DNA of 64,000 nt from Candidatus Latescibacterota bacterium (GTDB taxonomy: Bacteria > Latescibacterota > UBA2968 > UBA8231). The position numbers were made by a program, and so were the translations under genes. Shown here piece by piece: positions 28,445 through 37,114 of this stretch; position 1 is the first letter of the stretch, and every line of letters starts with the position of its first letter. The stretch spans positions 3,264,001 to 3,328,000 of the forward strand of contig OZ241867.1 of the NCBI GenBank assembly GCA_965203175.1, written 5' to 3'. The notes below the pieces were generated by a model. That model searched no databases and had not been told where the DNA came from. It was given only the letters and a program-made list of their open reading frames with translations.

Positions 28445-29269
28445 TTACGGCACGGCTAGGTCGTGGTCTTCGAGATCGGTGACAAAGCCGTGTCCCGACG
28501 AATGGGTTATCATGAATGGAATGGCGGAAGCCTGCGCCACCGTCTGAGGCGTAACACTACAGGCCCAAAATAGCGCTACATCGCCGGCGGGGATGCCGTT
28601 GGGGGGCGCGGGGCCAATGGTTTGCGAAAGGTCGGTGATGCCTATGGTGGCTGGATCGCCAATGTGTATCGGGGCCCCGTGCGTGGCCTGGAATCGCGAA
28701 GTCACCTGCACGGCGCGCGCGACCTTTGCCGCCGGCAAGGTTTGCATGGTCACTACCATCGGCCCGGCAAAGCGCCCCGCTGGTTTGCACATGATATTGG
28801 TTTTATATAACACGACGCCAACCGAACTGACGCACCCGGCGTCGGCCAGAGCTTGCAAAAAAGTCAGGCTCGACCCTAAAAAAAAGGCTACGAAATCCTC
28901 CTGCCACAACGGCGCAATATCGGTCACTTCTTCGACCAACTCACCGTCGCGCCAGACCGAGTATAGCCCGACCTCATGGCGAATATCCGCGCTCGGGGCC
29001 AGTGTTTTCGGCGTCGGACAACCCGGGTCTGTCACTTCGAGCAGCGGACACGGCTGCGGGTTGCGCTGGCAGAAGACGAGAAAATCGTAAGCCTCGGCCT
29101 TGGGGAGAATGACTAGGCCGGTCTGCACATAACGCCCCGCTCTGCCAACGGTCGTACCACGCCATTCGCCGGTACTAATCTGGCGACGAATTGTTTTAGC
29201 ATCCAGCATTGTTGAATCTGGTGATCGTCTGCTGTCCATCCGGGTGGCAGCACTAGTGCCTATGGGCAT
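28445..29269 (-). CDS. DUF1445/UPF0317 putative hydro-lyase (D-glutamate cyclase family)
   Basis: FCQRNPQPCPLL, HGAPIHIGDP, FWACSVTPQ and ITHSSGH; start may be a downstream Met. Confidence 0.88.
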   Translation of the reverse strand: MPIGTSAATRMDSRRSPDSTMLDAKTIRRQISTGEWRGTTVGRAGRYVQTGLVILPKAEAYDFLVFCQRNPQPCPLLEVTDPGCPTPKTLAPSADIRHEVGLYSVWRDGELVEEVTDIAPLWQEDFVAFFLGSSLTFLQALADAGCVSSVGVVLYKTNIMCKPAGRFAGPMVVTMQTLPAAKVARAVQVTSRFQATHGAPIHIGDPATIGITDLSQTIGPAPPNGIPAGDVALFWACSVTPQTVAQASAIPFMITHSSGHGFVTDLEDHDLAVP

Positions 29270-29313
29270 AAGTAACTTCCTAGTTTGCGGGGAAGGATTT
29301 CTGTCTAGAGATG

Positions 29314-32091
29314 CTAGTAGGCGACCGCTACCGTGCGGGTAAGATCACGCGCGTCCAGGCCAGCTCCCTCAGTATTGGCATCAATTTTGAGCAGGACGAT
29401 GTACACTCCGGGTGCCACGAGATTTCCAGCATGGTCTCTGCCGTCCCATTCGAATTCATGGGCACCAGTGACCACTGGACGCCGCGCGGAAATGCTTCTC
29501 ACCTGGCGACCGCCCAGGTCGTGGATATGGATTTCGATGGCACTGCTCTGACGGATCAACACGACGTCGAATGTAAACCTCACCGCATCGTTTATATCGT
29601 CCCCATTGGGCGTGAATACCTGCGGCTCGATTGCTAAGTTGCGGAAAATTTCCTTGCGCCTCGGTACCGCGACCAGCGTTAGATCGTTGTCGGTGATTTG
29701 CGCGGCCGCGTCTCCCGCGTCCACGCGCTGCCACCAACCGTCGTCTCCTCGCCGCAGGGCTGCTCTCAGCGGTGCACTTACCGTGAAAAGAGAGGTGGCG
29801 AAATCGAGGCGGAACAGTTCAATATCCGACTCCGACAGTACGGCCGGAAAAGTCAGATGCAGGCTATCCGAGTGATCGCTGCGGATCTCGACATCTGCGA
29901 TCTTCAGAGACGCCAGATCAGCGGCCGGCGAAAAATCGCTGCCTTTGCCCCCGTATAGCCCTCGATAGGTCAGACGCATCTGGGGGGGAGCTGCGAGCAA
30001 GAGCTGATCGAATCCGCCGGCACTGACGGTATCCGGTCGGATGTATACCGAAAAAGGACGCTGGACGCCGAGGCTATCGACCCGTGTAGGGGTAACTTCG
30101 CCCAACAGGTGCCGAGCTACTGGCTCGGCAAAATTGAGCCGGACCTCTTTGAGGGTGGGGTAAACTTCTGGATCGTTAGAGAACAACGTGGAGCGAATGC
30201 GGACAAATTGGCGTGGCGAGGGCGAGGTGATGGGGCTGCCGGCGGCGTTTGCGTACGATGCACTGAAGGACTTTTCCCACTCCGGCCCATCGACCCAGAT
30301 GCCTATTTTGTTGCCTCTGTCGCGCCGGTTTTTGCGCGCGTAGTATTCTGCAGCACCTCCTTCGTAGAGTCTTATATTGTCGCCGTGATAGTAGAGCGTA
30401 TCCGAACTGAAGGTGTCCCCCGTCCGCGTCTGTAGCTCTACCTTGGTGCCGGGAGGCGTATCGGCATCCCATTCGATAGACACTAAATTTTTGCTGTTTC
30501 CGAGAGGTATACGCCCCGATGTCAGCTCGACTTGGGGTTGAAAGCCGGCGCCGAAAAGCTGGAACTCACTCAGTGCGGTCAGGATCCTTGCGGCGATGGG
30601 TTGGACATTCCACTGGATTTTGAAAAAACGGCCAACGACGGGATCGAAGTTATTGCCCTCTGTGATCTTGCCGATCAAACCGCCCAGGGTTTCGGTCTGT
30701 CTGCGATCTACGGCGATGGACCACTTGAGGCTGCCATCGGGCTCTCTGCTGCCATCCGAGACTTCTAGGGTATAGTTGCCAAAGGTGTGGGCGTCGTTAT
30801 CGATGAATGTATAAGTCATCCTTTGCGCGTCGATCCAGAAAAACGATCCTAGATCTAAAGTCACCGTGCCGATGGGACTCAAATTGAATTTGGGATCTCT
30901 GTAGAGGTCGAGAAAATGAGCGGAGTCCACATCGCTATCGAGGAGGATCGCTCCATTGCGGGGATCGGGCGAGCTTATGGTCCCGCCCCGTCGCAATATC
31001 CCGTGGAAGATATCATCTCCTTCAATCCAGACATTGAGCTCGGCTAAGCGCGGGCGCTCGCGGATATAATAGCGGATGTCGCCGCGCTTTTCCTCTGCGA
31101 GGCGGTCGAAATAGACTTGCTTCGACACTTGCAACTGGCCGCCGTCTGGCAGTTTTTTGTAGTAATCAACCGCGCCCGTATCGGCCGGGGCGAGTTGCTC
31201 GAATTCCGCTTTTGTGATCTGGCGGCCTCGGTTCAGGTCGCTGCCTCTTATGACGACTTGGACAAAACGTCCAACCAGCGTCGCCATGTCTGTTGTCGGA
31301 CCAGACTCCTCTGCCAAATCCTCAAATTGGATCTGTTCCGCCAGAAACTCATCCTGCTCGCCGCCCAATTCTCTGCGACCCGTGATGCCGCGCAGGTCCA
31401 CCTCGACGCTGCGTTGGGTCTTATTGGGCTTGAGCGAGATCAGGACGGGAAAAAATTCGGGTGGGGCGTTTCCCGATTGGGCGGCAATGGGTTTGCGCCC
31501 GTCCGATACGAGGACATCGTACAACAAGAAGGGGTCGCCCAGATCTTCATCGACGAATTTCAGTTCGATTTTCTTGAGGAAAACCAGACGTCCCAGATCC
31601 ACCGTAAACCACCAAAGGGCACCGATATCCACATCCGCCGCTACACCCGCCGGCAGCGGCGCTGGTTCCCAAAAGGTAGTGGGGTCGCCGTCGAGGACAT
31701 TGGTTACTCCGGCGGGGTTCGAACCTGCTTCCACGACGGCATCTCGCAGAGAGATTTCAGCGGCCTCCTTGCCCTGCAGGCGCTTGGGAATTTTGAATAG
31801 CGTGGGATCGCGCCGTGACGCTTCGATCTGGAAGCGCAGAAAATCGACAATGTCCTCAGTGGCGTCTGTATTGCGATTCCAGCGGCGCGGCCGTACTTCC
31901 CCCTGGGGAGCAATCTCAAGAGTGCCGGCTGGAAAGTCCCAATCCTCCCAATGCCTCTGGGCGTTCACAACGACCTGGTTCGGTCGGGTGCGAAACTCGT
32001 TGGTGGTCTGGGCTCGGACCGAGGTCCAGCCGCTGAGGAGCCACAGAGCGCTCGCGCCGATTGTAAAAATTCTAGGCGAGATTTTAGGCAT
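29314..32091 (-). CDS. Secreted protein with C-terminal TPNGD (CHU_C-like)/FlgD Ig domain
   Basis: Signal peptide from MPKISPRIF; discoidin-like motif (VLDGDPTTFW...VDLGR); VFTPNGDDIND...WDGRD...PGVY. Confidence 0.75.
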   Translation of the reverse strand: MPKISPRIFTIGASALWLLSGWTSVRAQTTNEFRTRPNQVVVNAQRHWEDWDFPAGTLEIAPQGEVRPRRWNRNTDATEDIVDFLRFQIEASRRDPTLFKIPKRLQGKEAAEISLRDAVVEAGSNPAGVTNVLDGDPTTFWEPAPLPAGVAADVDIGALWWFTVDLGRLVFLKKIELKFVDEDLGDPFLLYDVLVSDGRKPIAAQSGNAPPEFFPVLISLKPNKTQRSVEVDLRGITGRRELGGEQDEFLAEQIQFEDLAEESGPTTDMATLVGRFVQVVIRGSDLNRGRQITKAEFEQLAPADTGAVDYYKKLPDGGQLQVSKQVYFDRLAEEKRGDIRYYIRERPRLAELNVWIEGDDIFHGILRRGGTISSPDPRNGAILLDSDVDSAHFLDLYRDPKFNLSPIGTVTLDLGSFFWIDAQRMTYTFIDNDAHTFGNYTLEVSDGSREPDGSLKWSIAVDRRQTETLGGLIGKITEGNNFDPVVGRFFKIQWNVQPIAARILTALSEFQLFGAGFQPQVELTSGRIPLGNSKNLVSIEWDADTPPGTKVELQTRTGDTFSSDTLYYHGDNIRLYEGGAAEYYARKNRRDRGNKIGIWVDGPEWEKSFSASYANAAGSPITSPSPRQFVRIRSTLFSNDPEVYPTLKEVRLNFAEPVARHLLGEVTPTRVDSLGVQRPFSVYIRPDTVSAGGFDQLLLAAPPQMRLTYRGLYGGKGSDFSPAADLASLKIADVEIRSDHSDSLHLTFPAVLSESDIELFRLDFATSLFTVSAPLRAALRRGDDGWWQRVDAGDAAAQITDNDLTLVAVPRRKEIFRNLAIEPQVFTPNGDDINDAVRFTFDVVLIRQSSAIEIHIHDLGGRQVRSISARRPVVTGAHEFEWDGRDHAGNLVAPGVYIVLLKIDANTEGAGLDARDLTRTVAVAY

Positions 32092-32098
32092 AGCACCG

Positions 32099-34108
32099 CT
32101 AATACGCCACTGATACGGAACGAAATGCCGTGTCCGTAGCGCGGTCCGCATCGACAGATAGACGGAGGATGTAGAGGCCCGGCGGCAGCACCTGACCATC
32201 GCCATCGGTGCCGGGCCACGAGAAATGAATCCGACCGCTGGTTATCTGGGTTTGCTGTAACACTCCGATGCGCGATCCTGTCAGCCCGTAGAGTTCGAGC
32301 CGGGCGATGCCAGCGCCGGCGTTATCGACGTTGATGAGGTCGTACTCGATTAGCAACTCATCATTGGCCCGATCTCCATTTGGCGTTACCACCCGAGAAG
32401 ACAGAGCGAAGCGCCCTATGGACTGCTTGCCCGTTTGTTGCAAAGCCACACTGAGCCTGTTGTTATCCACTAGATCGTCGGCATTGCCCGGCGTTACTGG
32501 TTGGCGCACTTCGTAGGGCCGTTGGCTGTCCCAGACTGCGCCGGGAAATACCGTGCCAAAACGGAACACCTCTGCCTCGAAGACGACTTCGATCAACTCC
32601 CCCGAATGGTCGTCGCCGATGCGGGGAATCCGCACTTCTAGGCCGGTGGCGTCCACCCGCAGGGCCTCCCATTCCACTTCGGCGCCGCTAATGTACACGG
32701 ATTCGATCCGCGGCTCGATGGGCGTGCGGATCTCAATAGTGTCGAAACCCGGCTCCCCCAGTTGGACCTCGGGCAATACCTTGTAAATAAACCGCGTCGG
32801 CTCGCCAGCGCCGACGACCGCGGGTGCTATTTCGGCCACGACTCCCGCTGCCATGGGCGGTTGCGTAACGGCGAATTGGAGATAGTCGAGCTGGCTGTTT
32901 TCCCCTCCTGGCGGCGAGTGGAAATCGGCCTTGAACTGGAGAAACTGACGGGGTTTGAGGCGGCTCATCTCGGCGCGGCCATCCGCAAAGGAAAAGAAAG
33001 GTGGCCACAGTTCCCAATTCTGTTCGTCGGGGGTTATGCCCGCCTTTTCTCCCCCTTCCAACCTAGCGTAGGTGGTGCGACTGAGGGGTTGGCCATTGGC
33101 AGCGAAACGAGACCTTTCATCCCCTCTAAAGGTAAAGCGCCAGTACGTATTGGGATCGGACGTGTCGCCTCCGCGGGCCGTTAGGTCGATGCGCCCTGTC
33201 GGTGATTGGTTGCCGGACCAGGTCAATTTTCCGAGCACGGCCGGGCCGCCCAAATCGATAACACTCGAAACGTAGCTGGCAAAGGGAGCCGACCCCGTGC
33301 CAAAAATCTGGAACTCGGCGATTTCCCATTTGCCCTGAGGAGACTCGAACATGAGGATTTGCACAGGCTCGGGAGGCAATTGAAAGTCCAGGACCGCGTC
33401 TGTGTTCTCTAGGCGCTCGACAACGACATTCCAGTCGACGAAGGCCTTGCCGCGCCAAGTCAACTTGATCTCCCGCTCTCCGTCTTTGAGCGCATCCCCG
33501 TCGTTGGTGCCCAACCGGAAGGACCGCGGAAAAAAGGTGTCGCCCCGTCTCGGAGTGCCAAAAAATCGAACTCGGTCGATGATAAACGCCCCGCCCAAAT
33601 CGAATTTGAAATACCTGCATTGCGCAATGGGATCGCCCCCGAGGGCATCCATGATGCCGCTTCTCCCCGGGGTGCCATTAGCACAGCGCAGACTGCCTCC
33701 TATATCCCCTGAAAAGGCCGTGGTCTCGTCGTCGTCAAAGAGGAAATCTAGCTGCGCCTCGTCTTTCCAGCCGTACCCGTCGTTGATCTTGATGGATCCT
33801 CCTCGCTCGCGGATCAACGGCGTGAGATTGACCTCTTTGTCCAGAGTTTGGGGCCGAATATGACCCGGTTCTAGATCGAGCAGATTGACGCTGCCAAAGG
33901 CGTCGTCTTGGAAAGACATCCAAGAGCGCTGCTCGAATCGGAAAGATTCGGGTGGAACGCCGAAATCGGCCGCCTCGGCCTCGGGCAGATCTTCGCCGCC
34001 GATCCGGTAAACCGTCAATGCCCCGCTGTCTTGGTGCCCCCAAAGGGCGAGACAGAATCCAAAACACAGCAGAGACGCCAGGCGGCCTATTTGGACCAAT
34101 GGCATCAT
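32099..34108 (-). CDS. Secreted protein with C-terminal TPNGD/FlgD Ig domain
   Basis: Signal peptide; FDLGG..IDRVRF and EIAEFQIFG; VTPNGDRAND...WPGTDGDG..PPGLY. Confidence 0.75.
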   Translation of the reverse strand: MMPLVQIGRLASLLCFGFCLALWGHQDSGALTVYRIGGEDLPEAEAADFGVPPESFRFEQRSWMSFQDDAFGSVNLLDLEPGHIRPQTLDKEVNLTPLIRERGGSIKINDGYGWKDEAQLDFLFDDDETTAFSGDIGGSLRCANGTPGRSGIMDALGGDPIAQCRYFKFDLGGAFIIDRVRFFGTPRRGDTFFPRSFRLGTNDGDALKDGEREIKLTWRGKAFVDWNVVVERLENTDAVLDFQLPPEPVQILMFESPQGKWEIAEFQIFGTGSAPFASYVSSVIDLGGPAVLGKLTWSGNQSPTGRIDLTARGGDTSDPNTYWRFTFRGDERSRFAANGQPLSRTTYARLEGGEKAGITPDEQNWELWPPFFSFADGRAEMSRLKPRQFLQFKADFHSPPGGENSQLDYLQFAVTQPPMAAGVVAEIAPAVVGAGEPTRFIYKVLPEVQLGEPGFDTIEIRTPIEPRIESVYISGAEVEWEALRVDATGLEVRIPRIGDDHSGELIEVVFEAEVFRFGTVFPGAVWDSQRPYEVRQPVTPGNADDLVDNNRLSVALQQTGKQSIGRFALSSRVVTPNGDRANDELLIEYDLINVDNAGAGIARLELYGLTGSRIGVLQQTQITSGRIHFSWPGTDGDGQVLPPGLYILRLSVDADRATDTAFRSVSVAY

Positions 34109-34172
34109 TCGTTCCTCTTTTTCAGGGGTGCTACACCACATAATATCGTACGTAATATACATACTGGTCGGC

Positions 34173-37112
34173 TCAGTGCAGACCCACTAGGATGGAGACG
34201 AAGAACAGCCCCGAGGCCTTCTGCTGGCGTTTGCCGCCGACCTGTTCTAGGGATCTCCGATCGTAGCGCATGCCCACCTCCGTGGTCAATTTGTAGCCCA
34301 AATAGGTAGTTGGATTCGTGAGTTGGAGCGCCAGCACTGTGCCGCGAAAATCGCCGCTGAGCTGGCCGACTTGCAGATTTTCTTCCGAGTCTAGGACCTC
34401 GTAGAAGAACCGCTGTTCCAAACCGCCTTCGATCTTGGTCGTACGCAGTACGCGAAAGTGGATCTGCAAAAAGAAAAGCGCGTCCCAAGTGCGGCGTTTG
34501 TCCAGCGTCCGGTCAAAGGGGGTCTGGCTGAGGAACTCGCTTTTTGCTTTGGGAGAGATGGTCAACCCCCGCCACAAATACTGGTATTCCGCCTTGTCGA
34601 TTAAGCCCAAAAATCCCGAGGACCGGCGACCGTTGCGGCCTTGTGGACCGAGGGGGTCGTAGAAGGCGACGGGTTCGCCGTCGGTGCCCACCTGACTGCC
34701 TTCGTCATCAACGAGTTCGTCCAAGAGGAAATCCACGCCCGTATTGCGCTGACGCCAGGTTTCCCATTTAAACCGGTGAAAGGTACTCCACTGGTTTGGA
34801 CTGGCGTATTTCCAGTCCGCATAGAAGGTGTTGATCCACGTATCTGCGGCCGCTAGGCGATCTGGAACTTGGACATGGCGTCCACTGTCGATTCCCGGAT
34901 CGCCAAATTCGGGCGTGGCTACGATCCACTGCGACAAGGGGTCGGGAATATCGTCTTTGGCCAATCTCAACATATCGAAGAGGCGCAGGCGGCCCTTGCC
35001 TGGCAGATCCTCGACCACGGTTAGGAGGCCATAGGTCGTCAGATTCTCCTCGCCCGTCTCGCGTTTTTCCTGCCGCAACTGTCCGAGCGTCAGCTTGGCT
35101 TGCGGGCCGAGTTGGAGGCTACTATAGGCATTGTAGCCCCAGTGATCTTTTTTGTACGGGTAATCGGGTAAATCGTCGTTCTCGAAGCGATCGACCCAAT
35201 TGTTGTTGTTCAGATCCATACCAAAGAGAAACTCGGGCCGGTCGGAGTGGTAGCGCAAAAACGGTTCGTCGTAATCGGGCAGCAGATTGCGGCGGATGGG
35301 ATTGTGGTTCTGGTTGAAGTCAGAGATGAAATCTCCGTTTTCGTCATAACCCGGAAAGACTTCTGGGTCGGCGACGCCGGTCTGGTCAATGTTAAAATCG
35401 CCTACTTGTGGCGGCACCAGACTACCCTGATTGAGGCGCTTTTGATCGGGTTGGCGATCTTGGTCGTCGTTGTCTTCGACAAAATCGTATAAAAGCTCGG
35501 TGGCTTCGGGTGCGTAATTGGCCACTCCAGATGGGGACACCGGACGAACGCTGGTGGAATAGGAGTCGTCCATGCCAAAGCCTTCCAAGAATGCCGACCA
35601 AGGGTAGCTTTGCCAAGAGAGATTAGCCAGCCAACCCAGCGACCTTTTGTCACCTGCAATACCCGCAATTGCGCGGTGATGCTTTTTGCGCCGATTCGGG
35701 TATTTTCGATAGTTGGAATTGATATTTACTTCCCCGTAGAAATCGAAACCGCGCATATTGCGCCATTCGGCGCTGAGGCCGTACAGCAGATTGGCCGTGG
35801 GCAGACCATAGTCGAAAACCACTTGGCGGCTGTTGGTTTCATTCTTGATGTTGCCTTCGGCTCTGGTGACCGGCAGGAATTGGGGCACGCCAAAGCGGTT
35901 GGTCTGCCGATCCGAGCTCATTTCCACACGGTAGTCATTGGCCAATACTAGGCGAAAGCGCACATTTTCGATCGCCTGAATTACATCTTGGGCCTCTGCC
36001 AAGCTCAGATTCAGTCGCTGTTGCAGCAACAGCCGCAAGGAGCCTTTTTCGCTCTCGCCCTCCGCAGGAGCGAAGACGTAATGCAGCACAATGCTCTCGG
36101 CTCCGTCGGCCACGAGCAGACCGTTTCGCACCGAACCGCCCTGAATGTGGGTGGCGTCGAAGCCAAAAGAACTGCCGACAATGAGGGTATCCCGTTCCAC
36201 TAATACCGTTGGGTCGGCAGGGGAAGGACGTTTGAGCTTGGTTTTTATCTCGATGTCCCTGTCGATGAGGATGGCCCCTGCCTCGCCGTCTTCTGGCGAG
36301 TCATCGCTGAGCCGCACTAGGACCGAGCGCAGTGCGTCCTCGAGCTGGCCGGTCGCTAGCTCGCCCTTGAAGGGGTTGCCGGCGAAACTTTCCCGACTGC
36401 CATTAGAAGTGTGGGAATTGACCAGATTCAGTCCTATGGTCAAGCCCTGGAACAGATCCACTTCGGAGCGGCCCGCTACCAGATTGGTGGAGTTGACTCT
36501 GGGATCGACCAGCCCCACGGTCTCTAGCAGCACCGGTCCCGAGATGCGGGAAAAGAGTCCTGTGAGGCGCAGGCGATTAGTCGCCAAGTTGGCCATGACC
36601 CCATTGAAGCCGGCTTTTCTGAACGTCATCGGCGTCAGGGTAGTATTGAGTTCATCGCCGACGAGGATGGAGAAGCTGTAATCTCCCTTGCTGTCAACGG
36701 CCAGCAATTGCCTGTTGAACCATCGCACGTACTGGCTCGCCTTAAATATCTGAGAGCTTTCGGCGATGCGCGGCTGCACCTGACGCCAGTCGTAAATGAG
36801 CCAGCCGCGAGTGATCAAGCTGCCAAAGCCATCGTAGAACAGATCTCCTTCCAAGGTGGGACTGACATAGCGCAGAAAGTGATCCCGGGCGTAGTTGGTG
36901 TATTCCCATTGGTGGTGATTTTCGGAGAATAAACTGGCCGGTAAATACCAGCGCTGTACTGTGGGCTCTAGGGCTTCGGTATAAATCGGCACGCCACGGG
37001 TGGAGTAGACGACATGGTCGCCGACTCGTTCGCCTAGCCGATAGCCGTACTCCGGCTGGGCAGAGGCGGTACCGGCCAGTCCTACCCAGAGGATCCAGGC
37101 GCGCGAGTTCAT
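34173..37112 (-). CDS. Large secreted hypothetical protein (979 aa), paralog of 37115-39934
   Basis: Signal peptide; Asp/Asn-rich Ca-loop-like motifs; beta-strand-rich C-terminus. Confidence 0.7.
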   Translation of the reverse strand: MNSRAWILWVGLAGTASAQPEYGYRLGERVGDHVVYSTRGVPIYTEALEPTVQRWYLPASLFSENHHQWEYTNYARDHFLRYVSPTLEGDLFYDGFGSLITRGWLIYDWRQVQPRIAESSQIFKASQYVRWFNRQLLAVDSKGDYSFSILVGDELNTTLTPMTFRKAGFNGVMANLATNRLRLTGLFSRISGPVLLETVGLVDPRVNSTNLVAGRSEVDLFQGLTIGLNLVNSHTSNGSRESFAGNPFKGELATGQLEDALRSVLVRLSDDSPEDGEAGAILIDRDIEIKTKLKRPSPADPTVLVERDTLIVGSSFGFDATHIQGGSVRNGLLVADGAESIVLHYVFAPAEGESEKGSLRLLLQQRLNLSLAEAQDVIQAIENVRFRLVLANDYRVEMSSDRQTNRFGVPQFLPVTRAEGNIKNETNSRQVVFDYGLPTANLLYGLSAEWRNMRGFDFYGEVNINSNYRKYPNRRKKHHRAIAGIAGDKRSLGWLANLSWQSYPWSAFLEGFGMDDSYSTSVRPVSPSGVANYAPEATELLYDFVEDNDDQDRQPDQKRLNQGSLVPPQVGDFNIDQTGVADPEVFPGYDENGDFISDFNQNHNPIRRNLLPDYDEPFLRYHSDRPEFLFGMDLNNNNWVDRFENDDLPDYPYKKDHWGYNAYSSLQLGPQAKLTLGQLRQEKRETGEENLTTYGLLTVVEDLPGKGRLRLFDMLRLAKDDIPDPLSQWIVATPEFGDPGIDSGRHVQVPDRLAAADTWINTFYADWKYASPNQWSTFHRFKWETWRQRNTGVDFLLDELVDDEGSQVGTDGEPVAFYDPLGPQGRNGRRSSGFLGLIDKAEYQYLWRGLTISPKAKSEFLSQTPFDRTLDKRRTWDALFFLQIHFRVLRTTKIEGGLEQRFFYEVLDSEENLQVGQLSGDFRGTVLALQLTNPTTYLGYKLTTEVGMRYDRRSLEQVGGKRQQKASGLFFVSILVGLH

Positions 37113-37114
37113 AG